Shown here: piece by piece, positions 1-9,539 of the stretch | How the letters are laid out: every line of letters starts with the position of its first letter | Position numbering within the stretch: position 1 is the first letter of the stretch | Assembly: GCA_026387175.1 (NCBI GenBank) | Contig: JAPLME010000006.1 | Location: forward strand, 44,078-108,077 | Direction of reading: 5' to 3' | Origin: Candidatus Omnitrophota bacterium | GTDB lineage: Bacteria; Omnitrophota; Gorgyraeia; 2-01-FULL-45-10 | DNA length: 64,000 bases | Position numbers and translations under genes: made by a program | Notes under the pieces: generated by a model | Seen by the model: the letters and a program-made list of their open reading frames with translations, nothing else | Told to the model about the DNA's origin: nothing | Database searches by the model: none

Positions 1-38
1 GAACCGAGGTCCTGTATTGATAGCAGATCTTTTTTCAT
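1..38 (-). CDS. argF: Ornithine carbamoyltransferase, N-terminal fragment (runs off window)
   Basis: Manual translation from ATG at 38 gives MKKDLLSIQDLG, a typical OTCase N-terminus; lies directly downstream of argD. Only 12 codons are visible. Confidence 0.6.
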   Translation of the reverse strand, partial: MKKDLLSIQDLG

Positions 39-61
39 CTCAAAAACCCTCTTTTCTTTAT

Positions 62-1246
62 TTAAAACTTTGCCAGCACCTTATCGAGTATCGCGATCGC
101 TTTGTCAATTTCGGCTTTGGCGACCGTCATCGGAGGCATTATGCGAAGCACCGTATCCTGCGTGCAATTTATCAATAGGCCCTCTTTCAGGCATTCTTTA
201 TAAATATCTTCACCCTTTATCGATAATTCGATTCCGAATATGAGCCCCACACATCTCACTTCTTTTATGAAATGATATTTTGCCTTCAGGCTCTCGAGTT
301 TCTTCTTTAAATAAGCGCTCATTTTATTTGTATTGGCAAGCAGCTTCTCTTTCTTTATCGCTTCGAAGACGCCCAATGCCGCGGCGCAAACTATGGGTGA
401 GCCGCCGAACGTCGAAGCATGCGTTCCGGGCGTAAGCACATCCTGGAATTTTTCCCGGGCAACACAGGCTCCTATCGGAAGCCCGCCGCCTAAAGATTTT
501 GCAAGCGTCATGACATCGGGAGTAACTCCGAATACCTGGCTGGCGAACATCTTACCGCTCCTCCCCATACCCGTCTGCACCTCATCGAATATCAGGACCA
601 GGTCCTTTTGATCGCAAAACTGTCGCAGCGCTTTCATGTAGTCAACGCTCGGTATATTAATGCCGCCCTCACACTGTATCGGCTCAAGCATTATGCCTAT
701 TGTCTTTTTATTAACGGCGTTCTTAACGGCGTCGATATCGTTAAACGGTACGTGAACAAACCCCGGCAGGAGAGGTTCGAAGCCTATCTTCACTTTATCC
801 TGGCCTGTCGCCGTTATCATCGCTAACGTTCTGCCGTGAAACGACTTTGTCATTGTTATGATCTCATATCTTCCGCTCTCGTGTCCGTACTTTCTGGCAA
901 GCTTAACCGCTGCCTCGTTGGCCTCGGCCCCTGAATTAGCGAAGAAGACCTTGCCGGGGAATGAGTTATCGATAATCACCTTCGCAAGAATGGCCTGCAG
1001 TAAAGAGTAATAGTTATTCGATACGTGCATCAGCCGCTTTGCTTGATCAGAAACCGCTTTCGATACGATTGGATGGCAGTGGCCTATTCCTGATACCGCC
1101 CAGCCGGGGAAGAAGTCCAGATACTTGTTGGCTTCGGCATCCCAGGCTATAGCGCCTTTGGCTTTTTCCAGGCATAAAGGAACTCTCTTGTAAGTCTTCA
1201 TCACATACTTATCATACATAGCTATTACTTTATCGGTCTTATCCAT
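62..1246 (-). CDS. argD: Acetylornithine aminotransferase (class III PLP)
   Basis: NSGAEANEAA, SFHGRT, FDEVQTGMGR, LAKSLGGG, HASTFGG motifs; inside arg cluster. Confidence 0.95.
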   Translation of the reverse strand: MDKTDKVIAMYDKYVMKTYKRVPLCLEKAKGAIAWDAEANKYLDFFPGWAVSGIGHCHPIVSKAVSDQAKRLMHVSNNYYSLLQAILAKVIIDNSFPGKVFFANSGAEANEAAVKLARKYGHESGRYEIITMTKSFHGRTLAMITATGQDKVKIGFEPLLPGFVHVPFNDIDAVKNAVNKKTIGIMLEPIQCEGGINIPSVDYMKALRQFCDQKDLVLIFDEVQTGMGRSGKMFASQVFGVTPDVMTLAKSLGGGLPIGACVAREKFQDVLTPGTHASTFGGSPIVCAAALGVFEAIKKEKLLANTNKMSAYLKKKLESLKAKYHFIKEVRCVGLIFGIELSIKGEDIYKECLKEGLLINCTQDTVLRIMPPMTVAKAEIDKAIAILDKVLAKF

Positions 1247-1270
1247 TTGTATCCTCTATTAATAACAACT

Positions 1271-2125
1271 TTACCGCACTACCTCTGTACCGATACCTTT
1301 ATCGGTAAATATTTCCAAAAGGAGCGCGTGCGGAATGCCCGCGTCCAGAATATGCGCTTTCCTGACGCCGCCCTTTATCGCGTTTATGCAGGAGAGGGCC
1401 TTAGGTATCATTCCGCCCTCTATCACCTTCCTCTTAATGAGCCTCTCGGCATCGGTTGCCGTAATAGTGTTATATAGCGATTCCGGATCCTTCCTGTCTC
1501 TTAAAACCCCCCTTACATTCGTGAGCAGTACAAACTTCTCCGCATTCAACGCGACGGCGATCTCGCTCGCCACATCATCGGCATTCACATTATACACGTG
1601 ATGGTCGCGGCCCATACCCAGCGGATAGATGACAGGTATGATATTGTCCCTGATCAATCTCCTGATAACCGTCGTGTCGACAGAAGTGACCTCTCCGACG
1701 TAACCCAGATCTATATCGCCCTTTATCTTCTTAACACGTATTAGGCCGTTCTCCCTGCCACTTATCCCGAACGCTTTTGCGCCCATGCTCTTCAGGGCAT
1801 TCACGATCTTTCCGTTTATCGTCCCGAGCGCCCTTTCGATGATCGCCAGCGACTTATCATCGGTGTATCTGCGGCCACCGATGAACTTGGGCTCAATGCC
1901 GGCCTTCTTCATCATCTTGGATATATAAGGGCCGCCGCCATGGACTATCACGGGCCTCATGCCCGCGTAATTCATGAACATTATGTCCTCTAGGATAGCG
2001 GGATCCAGCCCCCTCTCGTCGACGCTTGAACCGCCGTATTTTATAACGATCGTCTTCTCGAAGAACTTTTTGATATGAGGCAGTGCCTCTATCAGGACCT
2101 CACTCTTCTTGATAGCTTCTTTCAT
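1271..2125 (-). CDS. argB: Acetylglutamate kinase
   Basis: IVIKYGG, VHGGGP, YNVNAD, GGMIPK, C-terminal LLLEIFTDKGIGT. Confidence 0.96.
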   Translation of the reverse strand: MKEAIKKSEVLIEALPHIKKFFEKTIVIKYGGSSVDERGLDPAILEDIMFMNYAGMRPVIVHGGGPYISKMMKKAGIEPKFIGGRRYTDDKSLAIIERALGTINGKIVNALKSMGAKAFGISGRENGLIRVKKIKGDIDLGYVGEVTSVDTTVIRRLIRDNIIPVIYPLGMGRDHHVYNVNADDVASEIAVALNAEKFVLLTNVRGVLRDRKDPESLYNTITATDAERLIKRKVIEGGMIPKALSCINAIKGGVRKAHILDAGIPHALLLEIFTDKGIGTEVVR

Positions 2126-2126
2126 A

Positions 2127-3347
2127 TTAAGTGCTGTACTCCGAATTTATCGCAACATACTCTTTGGAAAAATCACAGGTCCAGGCCTTTGCACCGGCCT
2201 TACCGCTCTTCAGATCGATCGTTATATAAACTTTCTTATCTTTAAAATATTTTCTTGCTTTCTCTTTTTCAAAAGTCTTGCAGATTGCACCGTTAGAAAG
2301 GGCTTTGACCGGCCCCAGATAGATATCCATCTTATCTATATCGAATTCAACCCCGCTTGCGCCCGCCGAGGCCACAACCCTGCCCCAGTTCGGGTCCGTA
2401 CCAAAGATCGCGCACTTCAGAAGATTTGAGGTCGATACTTTGCGCGCCACCTTCCTGGCGTCATCGACGGTCTTTGCGCCCTTCACCTCTATCTCGACAA
2501 ACTTCGTCGCGCCTTCGCCATCGGCGGCAAGCATCTTTGCCAGTTCCCCTGCCATATATTTCAGCGCTTCGGTAAATTTCTTGTAGCCTTTATCCTTGTT
2601 GGTGATCCTCTTATTTCCTGCCAGGCCGTTAGCCATTATAAAACAGGAGTCGTTCGTGCTCATGTCGCCGTCGGCGGATACCATATTGAACGAATTCGAT
2701 ATCGCTTCCTCGAGCGACTCCTCAAGCATCTTCTTCGATATGGAAACATCCGTAGCTATAAATGCGAGCATCGTCGCGTGCTTGGCGGTCTTCATCTCCG
2801 GATAGAGCATCCCCACGCCTTTACACGCGCCGCCTATCGTTACCACCGAATTGCCAAGTTTTACCTTAACGACAAACTCTTTCTTCTTCGTGTCCGTAGT
2901 CATTATGGTTTCGGCGAAGATGGAGCTATTCTTTTCCGATAGTCCTAGAGCAAGCTCCGGAAGCGCCTTAACGATCTTTCCTACCGGCAGTTTCACGCCG
3001 ATTATGCCCGTAGAGGCCACAAGGACCATACGCTTATCAAGGTCGAGCATCTTAGCAGTACTCGATGCCATAGCCAGAGCATCCTTTTTACCTGTCTTGC
3101 CGTTCGCGCAATTGGCGTTACCGCTATTAACGATTATCGCCTGATGGGTCTTGCCGCCGAGATGCGTCATGCTTATCTTCACTGGCGATGCTTTGCACCG
3201 ATTAGTCGTGAATGCGCCCGCCGCGACCGCAGGCACTTCAGAATATAGAAGCGCCAGGTCCTTCCTGCCCGAAAACTTGATCCCTGCTTTCACGCCGCTG
3301 GCCATAAACCCCTTGGCCGATGCCACTCCACCTTTAACTGTTATCAT
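2127..3347 (-). CDS. argJ: Ornithine acetyltransferase / N-acetylglutamate synthase ArgJ
   Basis: NSGNANC, STGIIG, IMTTDT, ATML autoprocessing site, DGDMSTND, DGEGATK, PNWGR. Confidence 0.96.
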   Translation of the reverse strand: MITVKGGVASAKGFMASGVKAGIKFSGRKDLALLYSEVPAVAAGAFTTNRCKASPVKISMTHLGGKTHQAIIVNSGNANCANGKTGKKDALAMASSTAKMLDLDKRMVLVASTGIIGVKLPVGKIVKALPELALGLSEKNSSIFAETIMTTDTKKKEFVVKVKLGNSVVTIGGACKGVGMLYPEMKTAKHATMLAFIATDVSISKKMLEESLEEAISNSFNMVSADGDMSTNDSCFIMANGLAGNKRITNKDKGYKKFTEALKYMAGELAKMLAADGEGATKFVEIEVKGAKTVDDARKVARKVSTSNLLKCAIFGTDPNWGRVVASAGASGVEFDIDKMDIYLGPVKALSNGAICKTFEKEKARKYFKDKKVYITIDLKSGKAGAKAWTCDFSKEYVAINSEYST

Positions 3348-3349
3348 CT

Positions 3350-4363
3350 CTACAGCAACCCTTCTGTTTCAGCAAACCCGCACATCAGGTTCATATTCTG
3401 GACGGCCTGGCCCGCGGCGCCCTTCACAAGGTTGTCGATACAGGATACGACTATCAACGTGGAGCCGGACACCTTCACTCCTATATCGCAGAAATTGGTG
3501 CCAACTACATCCCGGATCTGGGGAAGCTTGCCCGTATCGTAAACTCTCACGAAAGGTTTTCCCTTATAAAATGCCTTATAAATATCAACGGCTGCTTCGG
3601 TATCAAGGGGCTTCGTCAGTTTCAAATATATCGTCGAAAGTATGCCGCGGTTCATAGGAATGAGATGCGGCGTAAATACGATATCTATCTCTTCTCCCGC
3701 AACGCGTGAAAGTATGGTATTTATCTCGGGCTTATGCTGATGGTCATTGACCTTGTATGCTTTCAGGTTCTCATTGACCTCACAGAAAATGAGCCCGATG
3801 TCGGCTTTTCGCCCTGCGCCCGTAACACCGCTCTTTGAATCCGCTATCATATACGACCGATCGATCGCTTTCTCGGTAAGTATAGGCGCGATGCCCAATA
3901 TTACGCTCGTCGGATAGCATCCGGGATTTGCGAGAAGTTTTGCTTTCTTGATCCGATCGCAATAGAGTTCGGGAAGGCCGTAAACAGCCTGGGCGAGATT
4001 TGCGGTGTCTTTATGGGCAATGCCGTACCACTTCTCGTACACCTTCGGGTCCAGCCTATAATCGGCGCTCAGGTCCACGACAAGCTTTCCTGCCTTCAGG
4101 AAGGCCGGGGCTATCTCCATCGAAACTTTATGCGGCAGGCCTAAAAATACGAGATCGACGTTCTTCGCCATCCCTTGCGGGTCCGGTTTCTTACAGATGA
4201 CATCAAGCTTGCCTTTAAAGACAGGAAGAAGCGAGCTTATCGGCTCTTCCTTGTCGATTATAGCCGAAAGCTCCGTTATCTTCACGCCTTTGTGACGTAT
4301 CAGTATCTTAATAACTTCTTCGCCTGCGTATCCTGTAGCCCCAACCACTCCTACTTTAAGCAT
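3350..4363 (-). CDS. argC: N-acetyl-gamma-glutamyl-phosphate reductase
   Basis: GATGYAG, DLSADYRL, ANPGCYPT, SGVTGAGR, DNLVKGAAGQA; start moved from 4408 to ATG 4363 (MLKVGVVG). Confidence 0.96.
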   Translation of the reverse strand: MLKVGVVGATGYAGEEVIKILIRHKGVKITELSAIIDKEEPISSLLPVFKGKLDVICKKPDPQGMAKNVDLVFLGLPHKVSMEIAPAFLKAGKLVVDLSADYRLDPKVYEKWYGIAHKDTANLAQAVYGLPELYCDRIKKAKLLANPGCYPTSVILGIAPILTEKAIDRSYMIADSKSGVTGAGRKADIGLIFCEVNENLKAYKVNDHQHKPEINTILSRVAGEEIDIVFTPHLIPMNRGILSTIYLKLTKPLDTEAAVDIYKAFYKGKPFVRVYDTGKLPQIRDVVGTNFCDIGVKVSGSTLIVVSCIDNLVKGAAGQAVQNMNLMCGFAETEGLL

Positions 4364-4415
4364 ATTTATGTCCATCCTTATCTTAAATTCCCGACGAGGT
4401 TTATTCATTTATCTT

Positions 4416-4473
4416 AAAACAAAAGACCCACTGTGTCAACTAAAATCATCGTCGGAGTTGACCCGGTGGGTCT
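4416..4473 (-). terminator. Probable intrinsic terminator after rplM-rpsI
   Basis: Imperfect inverted repeat AGACCCAC-TGT-GTCAACT / AGTTGAC-CCG-GTGGGTCT (4424-4473), followed on the minus strand by TTTGTTTT. Confidence 0.6.
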
Positions 4474-4511
4474 CGAAATTGCCTTCGGGAAACCTTGTTA
4501 AGGTTTCGGGA

Positions 4512-4907
4512 TTATCTCTTGGTGAACTGGAATCTCCTCCTCGCCCTCTTCCTGCCGTATTTCTTGCGCTCCCTGGCTCTCGGATCGCGTGTCAAGAACC
4601 CTGCTTTCTTTATGGCTGCCTTAAGATTTAAGTCCATCTTCACGAGGGCTCTGGCTATTCCAAGTTTCACCGCGCCTGCCTGGCCGCTCAATCCGCCGCC
4701 GTTGCAGTTCGCGTATATATCCAGCTTCGACACAAGATTGGCAAGCTCCAGAGGCTGCATTATCACCAGGCGGTTGACCTCCCTGGGGAAATAATTCTCG
4801 AACGGCCTCTTATTGACGGTTATCTTGCCGGCTCCGTCCATAATTCTCACGCGAGCGATTGAATTTTTACGTCTTCCAGTAGCTATGTATTGAACTTTCT
4901 CCGCCAT
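4512..4907 (-). CDS. rpsI: 30S ribosomal protein S9
   Basis: ATGRRK, GGGLSGQAGA, LTRDPRARERKKYG, C-terminal QFTKR. Confidence 0.98.
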   Translation of the reverse strand: MAEKVQYIATGRRKNSIARVRIMDGAGKITVNKRPFENYFPREVNRLVIMQPLELANLVSKLDIYANCNGGGLSGQAGAVKLGIARALVKMDLNLKAAIKKAGFLTRDPRARERKKYGRKRARRRFQFTKR

Positions 4908-5354
4908 TTATTTCTGTCCTTTTTCCTTTATGATCAGCTCTTTGGGGTTCTGAGAAGCATGCGGATGTTTATCATCGGCATAGACCCTGAGTTTCTTTAG
5001 CATCTTCGCACCGAGTTTGTTCTTAGGCAGCATTCCATGGACCGCATGCCTGATAACGCGCTCCGGGTCTTTCTTTAAGACGGTCTCAAGGTTCTCGGTA
5101 TTGAGGCCTCCCGGATATTCCGAATACCTCTTATACTCTTTCTGGGCAAGTTTTTTACCGGTGACTTTTATCTTGCTAGCGTTTATCACGATCACTTCGT
5201 CCCCGACGTTCTGGTGAGGCGAGTATATGACCTTGTCCTTACCTATTAATATACTTGCGACCCTGGTAGCCAGGCGGCCCAGGATTTTATCCTTGGCATC
5301 CACTATATACCAGATCTTCTGTATATCCTTATCTTTCGCTATAAATGTTTTCAT
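4908..5354 (-). CDS. rplM: 50S ribosomal protein L13
   Basis: WYIVDA, LGRLA, GDEVIVINA, YPGG, GMLPKN; start set at ATG 5354 because the longer ORF start (5393) falls in the promoter. Confidence 0.97.
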   Translation of the reverse strand: MKTFIAKDKDIQKIWYIVDAKDKILGRLATRVASILIGKDKVIYSPHQNVGDEVIVINASKIKVTGKKLAQKEYKRYSEYPGGLNTENLETVLKKDPERVIRHAVHGMLPKNKLGAKMLKKLRVYADDKHPHASQNPKELIIKEKGQK

Positions 5355-5364
5355 AAGACTTTGA

Positions 5365-5393
5365 ATGTTATCACATACCCCTATATTTGTCAA
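5365..5393 (-). promoter_or_regulatory. Sigma70-type promoter of rplM-rpsI
   Basis: TTGACA (5393-5388), 17 nt spacer ending TGA, TAACAT (5370-5365). Confidence 0.75.
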
Positions 5394-5414
5394 ATAAATA
5401 TTTTACGCTTATCT

Positions 5415-7136
5415 TTAAACCGGGATGGATGCCTTAAGGAGCGTTTTCAGGTGAGCTTCTATATCTTTAACAGCGACTTCTGTAATAACGCCTGATTTCC
5501 GGTCCTTCACCTCTACGATCCCCTTCTTCGCGTTCTTCGCGCCTACCACTATTTTTATAGGTATACCGATAAGGTCCGCATCTTTGAATTTAACGCCCGC
5601 CGTTTCATTCCTGTCATCAAAAAGGGTCTCTACACCTGAGCCGGATAACCTATCATAAACGTCTTCAGCGACTTCTTTCACCTTCTTATCATCCATATTA
5701 AGGGCTATAATAATTGCCTGATACGGAGCTATCGATAAAGGCCATATGATCCCGTCCTTATCATTATTCGTCTCTATCACGCTGGCCAGTATTCTCGTAA
5801 CTCCTATCCCATAGCAGCCCATGATCGCCGGCAACTCTTTACCGTCTTTATCGAGTACCTTTGCGCCTAACACATCCGAATATTTTGTACCGAGCTTGAA
5901 CGTATGGCCGACCTCTATCGCCTGTTTTATTTCTATAGGCTTACCGCAGGCGGGGCATCCATCGTCCTTTGTTATCATCCTGAGATCCGCGAATTCTTTG
6001 GTCTCGAAATCGCGGCCGGTATTGACATTGATGAGATGGGTATCTTTTTTATTCGCGCCGGTAATAAAATTCGCCATCCCCTGAACGGTATTATCGGCAA
6101 TTATTCTTACGTTCCTCAAGCCCACCGGTCCGGAAAAACCGACCGGGGCATGCGTCACATCCTCTATGGTTTTTACATCCGCAAGCCCAAGCGTAGCGGC
6201 CTTTAGATAATTCTTAATCTTCGTCTCATTCGCTTCATGGCTGCCGCACAATAGTACCGCTATAGTGTTGCCGTCCGCTTTATAGATGAGCGTCTTCACC
6301 AGTTTTTCCGCGCCCACTCTGAGCAGTTCAGACACTTTCTCGATCGTGGTTATGCCGGGTGTGTCGACCTGGGCGATCGGCAGTGTCTTTTCTTTTGCCG
6401 CTCCCCCCTTTGTCTTGGATTTACATGCGGCGACTTCGGTGCTAGCGGAATATTTGCACTTCGAACAAACTACTATCCTGTCCTCTCCGGCTTCGGACGG
6501 CACCATAAATTCATGTGACATGCTCCCGCCCATCATCCCGGGATCGGCCTCGACAGGTATATAAGGAAGCGCGCATCTCTCGAATATCCTGCAGTACGCT
6601 TCGTACATCTTCTTATAGCTCTCTTCCAAGCCCGGTACATCGCAATCGAAAGAATAGGCATCCTTCATTATAAATTCCGAGGTCCTCATCACGCCGAAAC
6701 GGGGCCTGGGTTCATCCCTGAACTTTGTCTGGATCTGGTATAGTATAAGAGGAAGTTCCTTGTAGCTCCTTACATTGTTTGCCACGAGATCCGTCACTAT
6801 CTCCTCATGGGTGGGCCCGAGAAGGCATTCTTTGCCGTGCCTGTCCTTAAATTTTATAAGCACATCCCCGAGAAGATCATAACGGCCGGTCCTCTTCCAT
6901 ATCTCAGGCGGATGTATCGCCGGCAGGAGCACTTCCTGACTGCCTTTAGCGTCCATCTCTTCCCTGATGATCTTTTTTACTTTCTCAAGCACGCGAAATC
7001 CGAGCGGCAGATATGAATAGACTCCCGATACCAGTTTTCGTATGAACCCGCCGCGTACCATAAGTTTATGGCTTACCACCTCCGCATCCTGCGGATCTTC
7101 CTTAAGTGTCGGGATCAAGCTTTTAGACCATCTCAT
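5415..7136 (-). CDS. proS: Proline--tRNA ligase (with editing domain)
   Basis: LGPTHEE, QTKFRDEPRPRFG, FIMKDAYSF, IEVGHTFKLG, MGCYGIG, KFKDADLIG; YbaK-like insertion (KTL...GFSGP...GAN). Confidence 0.97.
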   Translation of the reverse strand: MRWSKSLIPTLKEDPQDAEVVSHKLMVRGGFIRKLVSGVYSYLPLGFRVLEKVKKIIREEMDAKGSQEVLLPAIHPPEIWKRTGRYDLLGDVLIKFKDRHGKECLLGPTHEEIVTDLVANNVRSYKELPLILYQIQTKFRDEPRPRFGVMRTSEFIMKDAYSFDCDVPGLEESYKKMYEAYCRIFERCALPYIPVEADPGMMGGSMSHEFMVPSEAGEDRIVVCSKCKYSASTEVAACKSKTKGGAAKEKTLPIAQVDTPGITTIEKVSELLRVGAEKLVKTLIYKADGNTIAVLLCGSHEANETKIKNYLKAATLGLADVKTIEDVTHAPVGFSGPVGLRNVRIIADNTVQGMANFITGANKKDTHLINVNTGRDFETKEFADLRMITKDDGCPACGKPIEIKQAIEVGHTFKLGTKYSDVLGAKVLDKDGKELPAIMGCYGIGVTRILASVIETNNDKDGIIWPLSIAPYQAIIIALNMDDKKVKEVAEDVYDRLSGSGVETLFDDRNETAGVKFKDADLIGIPIKIVVGAKNAKKGIVEVKDRKSGVITEVAVKDIEAHLKTLLKASIPV

Positions 7137-8179
7137 ATTTTCTTCAATTCCTTCAATAGTTCCGCCGCAAAATCACTCTCTTTGACGCGCCTGACTATCC
7201 TGCCGTTAATAAATAATACGCCCGAACCCTTGCCTGCCGCTATGCCTATATCCGCTTCCCCGGCTTCACCGGGGCCGTTCACTTCACAGCCCATTACCGC
7301 AATCTTGATCGGACGCCTGGCTGATAGCTGATAGCTGATAGCTGATAGCTTGCGTTCGACATCCGCCACTATTTTCAACAGATTGACCTGACATCGGCCG
7401 CATGTCGGACATGATATTATCTCAGGCCCGAAGTTTCTCAAATTTAAAGCGCTTAAAATTCTCTTCGCCGCGCTAACCTCTTCTACGGGATCGGCCGTTA
7501 AAGATACCCTGATAGTATCGCCTATACCGTCCAATAGAAGTGCCCCTATCCCGATCGATGATTTAATTATTCCGGCTTCATGCGGACCCGCCGCAGTAAC
7601 ACCAAGATGCAGAGGATAGTCGCAAGCCCCCGATATCTTTCTGTAAGATTCCACCGTCGAGATAACATCGGAAGCTTTAAGAGATACGATTATATCATGA
7701 AAATCCAGTTCTTCAAGGATTTTAATATACCTCTTCGCCGCACTGACGAGCGCATCGGGCGATCCGGCGCCGGCAGAGCCTGAATTCACGCCTACCCTTA
7801 TGGGGATCCGCGCTCTCGAGGCGGCTCTAACTACCGCCGCTATCTCTTCTCTCTTTCTGATGTTGCCGGGATTGAGCCGAATCTTATCTGCGCCGGCCTT
7901 TATGCAGGCGAGCGCTAAGGTGTAATCGAAATGGATATCGCAGACAACAGGTATCTTTGCCTTATCCTTTATCGCCTTCACGGCAAACGCATCGTCAGAA
8001 TCCTTGATAGCGACTCTCACAATTTCGCAGCCGGCGGCCTCTAACCGCTTGATCTGGGCAACCGTTGCCTTCACATTCGCTGTCCTGGGCGTCGTCATCG
8101 ACTGGATCGAGATAGGCGCATCCTCGCCTATCCTCACCCCGCCGACCTTAACCTGTCTCGTTCGTCTGCGCTTTATCAT
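7133..8179 (-). CDS. ispG: 4-hydroxy-3-methylbut-2-en-1-yl diphosphate synthase
   Basis: QSMT, DIHF, RLNPGNI, RVGVNSGS, PLHLGVT, GDTIRVSLT, SCPTCGR, MGCEVNGPGE. Confidence 0.97.
   Translation of the reverse strand: MIKRRRTRQVKVGGVRIGEDAPISIQSMTTPRTANVKATVAQIKRLEAAGCEIVRVAIKDSDDAFAVKAIKDKAKIPVVCDIHFDYTLALACIKAGADKIRLNPGNIRKREEIAAVVRAASRARIPIRVGVNSGSAGAGSPDALVSAAKRYIKILEELDFHDIIVSLKASDVISTVESYRKISGACDYPLHLGVTAAGPHEAGIIKSSIGIGALLLDGIGDTIRVSLTADPVEEVSAAKRILSALNLRNFGPEIISCPTCGRCQVNLLKIVADVERKLSAISYQLSARRPIKIAVMGCEVNGPGEAGEADIGIAAGKGSGVLFINGRIVRRVKESDFAAELLKELKKI
7320..7350. repeat. Heptamer tandem repeat (GCTGATA)x4.4 inside ispG
   Basis: gctgata gctgata gctgata gctgata gct read directly; encodes part of LSAISYQLSA. 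Confidence 0.9.
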
Positions 8180-8254
8180 GATACATTATCCATGAATTTT
8201 TATTATCCTGTCTAGGCCTTACAGGTCGCTGTCCCAATCTCACTCTCTACTCAC

Positions 8255-8453
8255 CCCTCGCCAGAATATTTTTGGATTACTCAGCACACCCTTGCGTAGG
8301 GGTGTTGAGCGGGGCGTCGAAAGTCGCGAGCGGGCATGGATTTTTGGCCCGGGTATTCCTATCATGCCAAAAAGAGCGAGCGATCTTTCCGAGCGAAATT
8401 TCCTCGCAGGGGAAATTTCGCGTCCCCGCGAGGCACCCCTACGCAAGGGTGTG
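8255..8453. repeat. Branched palindromic intergenic element, copy 1
   Basis: Perfect 20-bp terminal inverted repeat 8285-8304 / 8434-8453 with internal hairpins; core about 93% identical (manual alignment) to 24311-24448. Confidence 0.9.
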
Positions 8454-9539
8454 TTAGCGGTGAAAAATTTTCGCTACCTTATCGAAGACTCCAAACTTCA
8501 TAATATCGTTATAGAATATGAATATCGTCAGCATGATTAGGAGGGTTACGCCGACATTGGCTATAGCCTCCTGCGCCTTAAGCGATAACGGCTTGCCGCG
8601 GAGTTTTTCGATCCCGAGAAACAGTATATGGCCGCCATCCAGTATAGGAAGCGGCAGAATATTGAATATGGCAAGCGACGCGCTCAATACGCCCATCAGA
8701 TGCAGTATGTAGATGAGCCCCATCTTCGCGGCCTGTCCGGTCACGACGAATATCCCTATAGGCCCTGTGAGCGATTCTTTTACGGAAAGCCTTCCTGTCA
8801 GGATCGACCAGAGGGCCTTATATGTAACGGCGGTCAGCTGCAGCAGTTTTCTCCCGCCCATATAGAGCGACCGGGTGAAGCCGTACTTTACGCTCTCGAT
8901 CGTCTGTGACGGCGTCACGCCGATCAGCGCAATGCTGACTTCAGCGCCGAAGATATCCTTGGCCTTACGCACGATAGGCGTTATCTCCTTGTCGAACGTC
9001 TTGCCTCCCCTGACTATCGTAAGCTTAATAGCGCTTTCGTCATGTTTATGTATAGCCTCGGTCATATCCTCCCAGTATTTCACTGCTTTTCCGTCGACCG
9101 CCTTAACTACGTCTCCGACGGCCAGGCCCTGCTTGGAGGCCGGATAATCCTTCATGAGCCCGCCGACCTCTGTAGTCATCGTGGGGCTCCCGAACATGAA
9201 TATCACCGAGAATATTAAGAACGCCAGGAAATAGTTTAATAGCGGACCCGCGAATATTATCTTAAACCGGTCTCCTATACTTCGCGACAGGAACTCCCAC
9301 TTCTCGCCGGCGAGCTTCTCCCACGGCTCGTCGCCGGCCATCTTGACATAACCGCCGAGAGGTATAGCCGATATCATATATTCGGTATCGCCTCTCTTTA
9401 CGGAAAATAGCTTAGAGCCGAATCCGAAAGAAAATTTCTGCACCCGCACTCCGAGACACTTTGCCGTTATGAAATGGCCCGCCTCATGCACAAGCACCAA
9501 TATGCTTAAGACGATTAAAAAAGATACTAACGATAGCAT
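8454..9539 (-). CDS. rseP: RIP metalloprotease RseP
   Basis: HEAGH, FSFGFG, IPLGGYVKM, FAGPLLN, PDZ domain, NILPLPILDGGH; start set at ATG 9539. Confidence 0.95.
   Translation of the reverse strand: MLSLVSFLIVLSILVLVHEAGHFITAKCLGVRVQKFSFGFGSKLFSVKRGDTEYMISAIPLGGYVKMAGDEPWEKLAGEKWEFLSRSIGDRFKIIFAGPLLNYFLAFLIFSVIFMFGSPTMTTEVGGLMKDYPASKQGLAVGDVVKAVDGKAVKYWEDMTEAIHKHDESAIKLTIVRGGKTFDKEITPIVRKAKDIFGAEVSIALIGVTPSQTIESVKYGFTRSLYMGGRKLLQLTAVTYKALWSILTGRLSVKESLTGPIGIFVVTGQAAKMGLIYILHLMGVLSASLAIFNILPLPILDGGHILFLGIEKLRGKPLSLKAQEAIANVGVTLLIMLTIFIFYNDIMKFGVFDKVAKIFHR

Noticed and set aside
8285-8453. Repeat element considered as tRNA, CRISPR repeat or riboswitch
   Set aside because: No T-loop, anticodon arm or CCA; no repeat-spacer periodicity or cas genes; no match to aptamer cores I recognise (cobalamin, SAM, TPP, T-box).
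8240-8540. Short ORFs (61-82 aa) with homologous counterparts at 24179-24692
   Set aside because: Their similarity comes from the shared GC-rich DNA repeat; starts and stops are not conserved, and an indel between copies shifts the frame.
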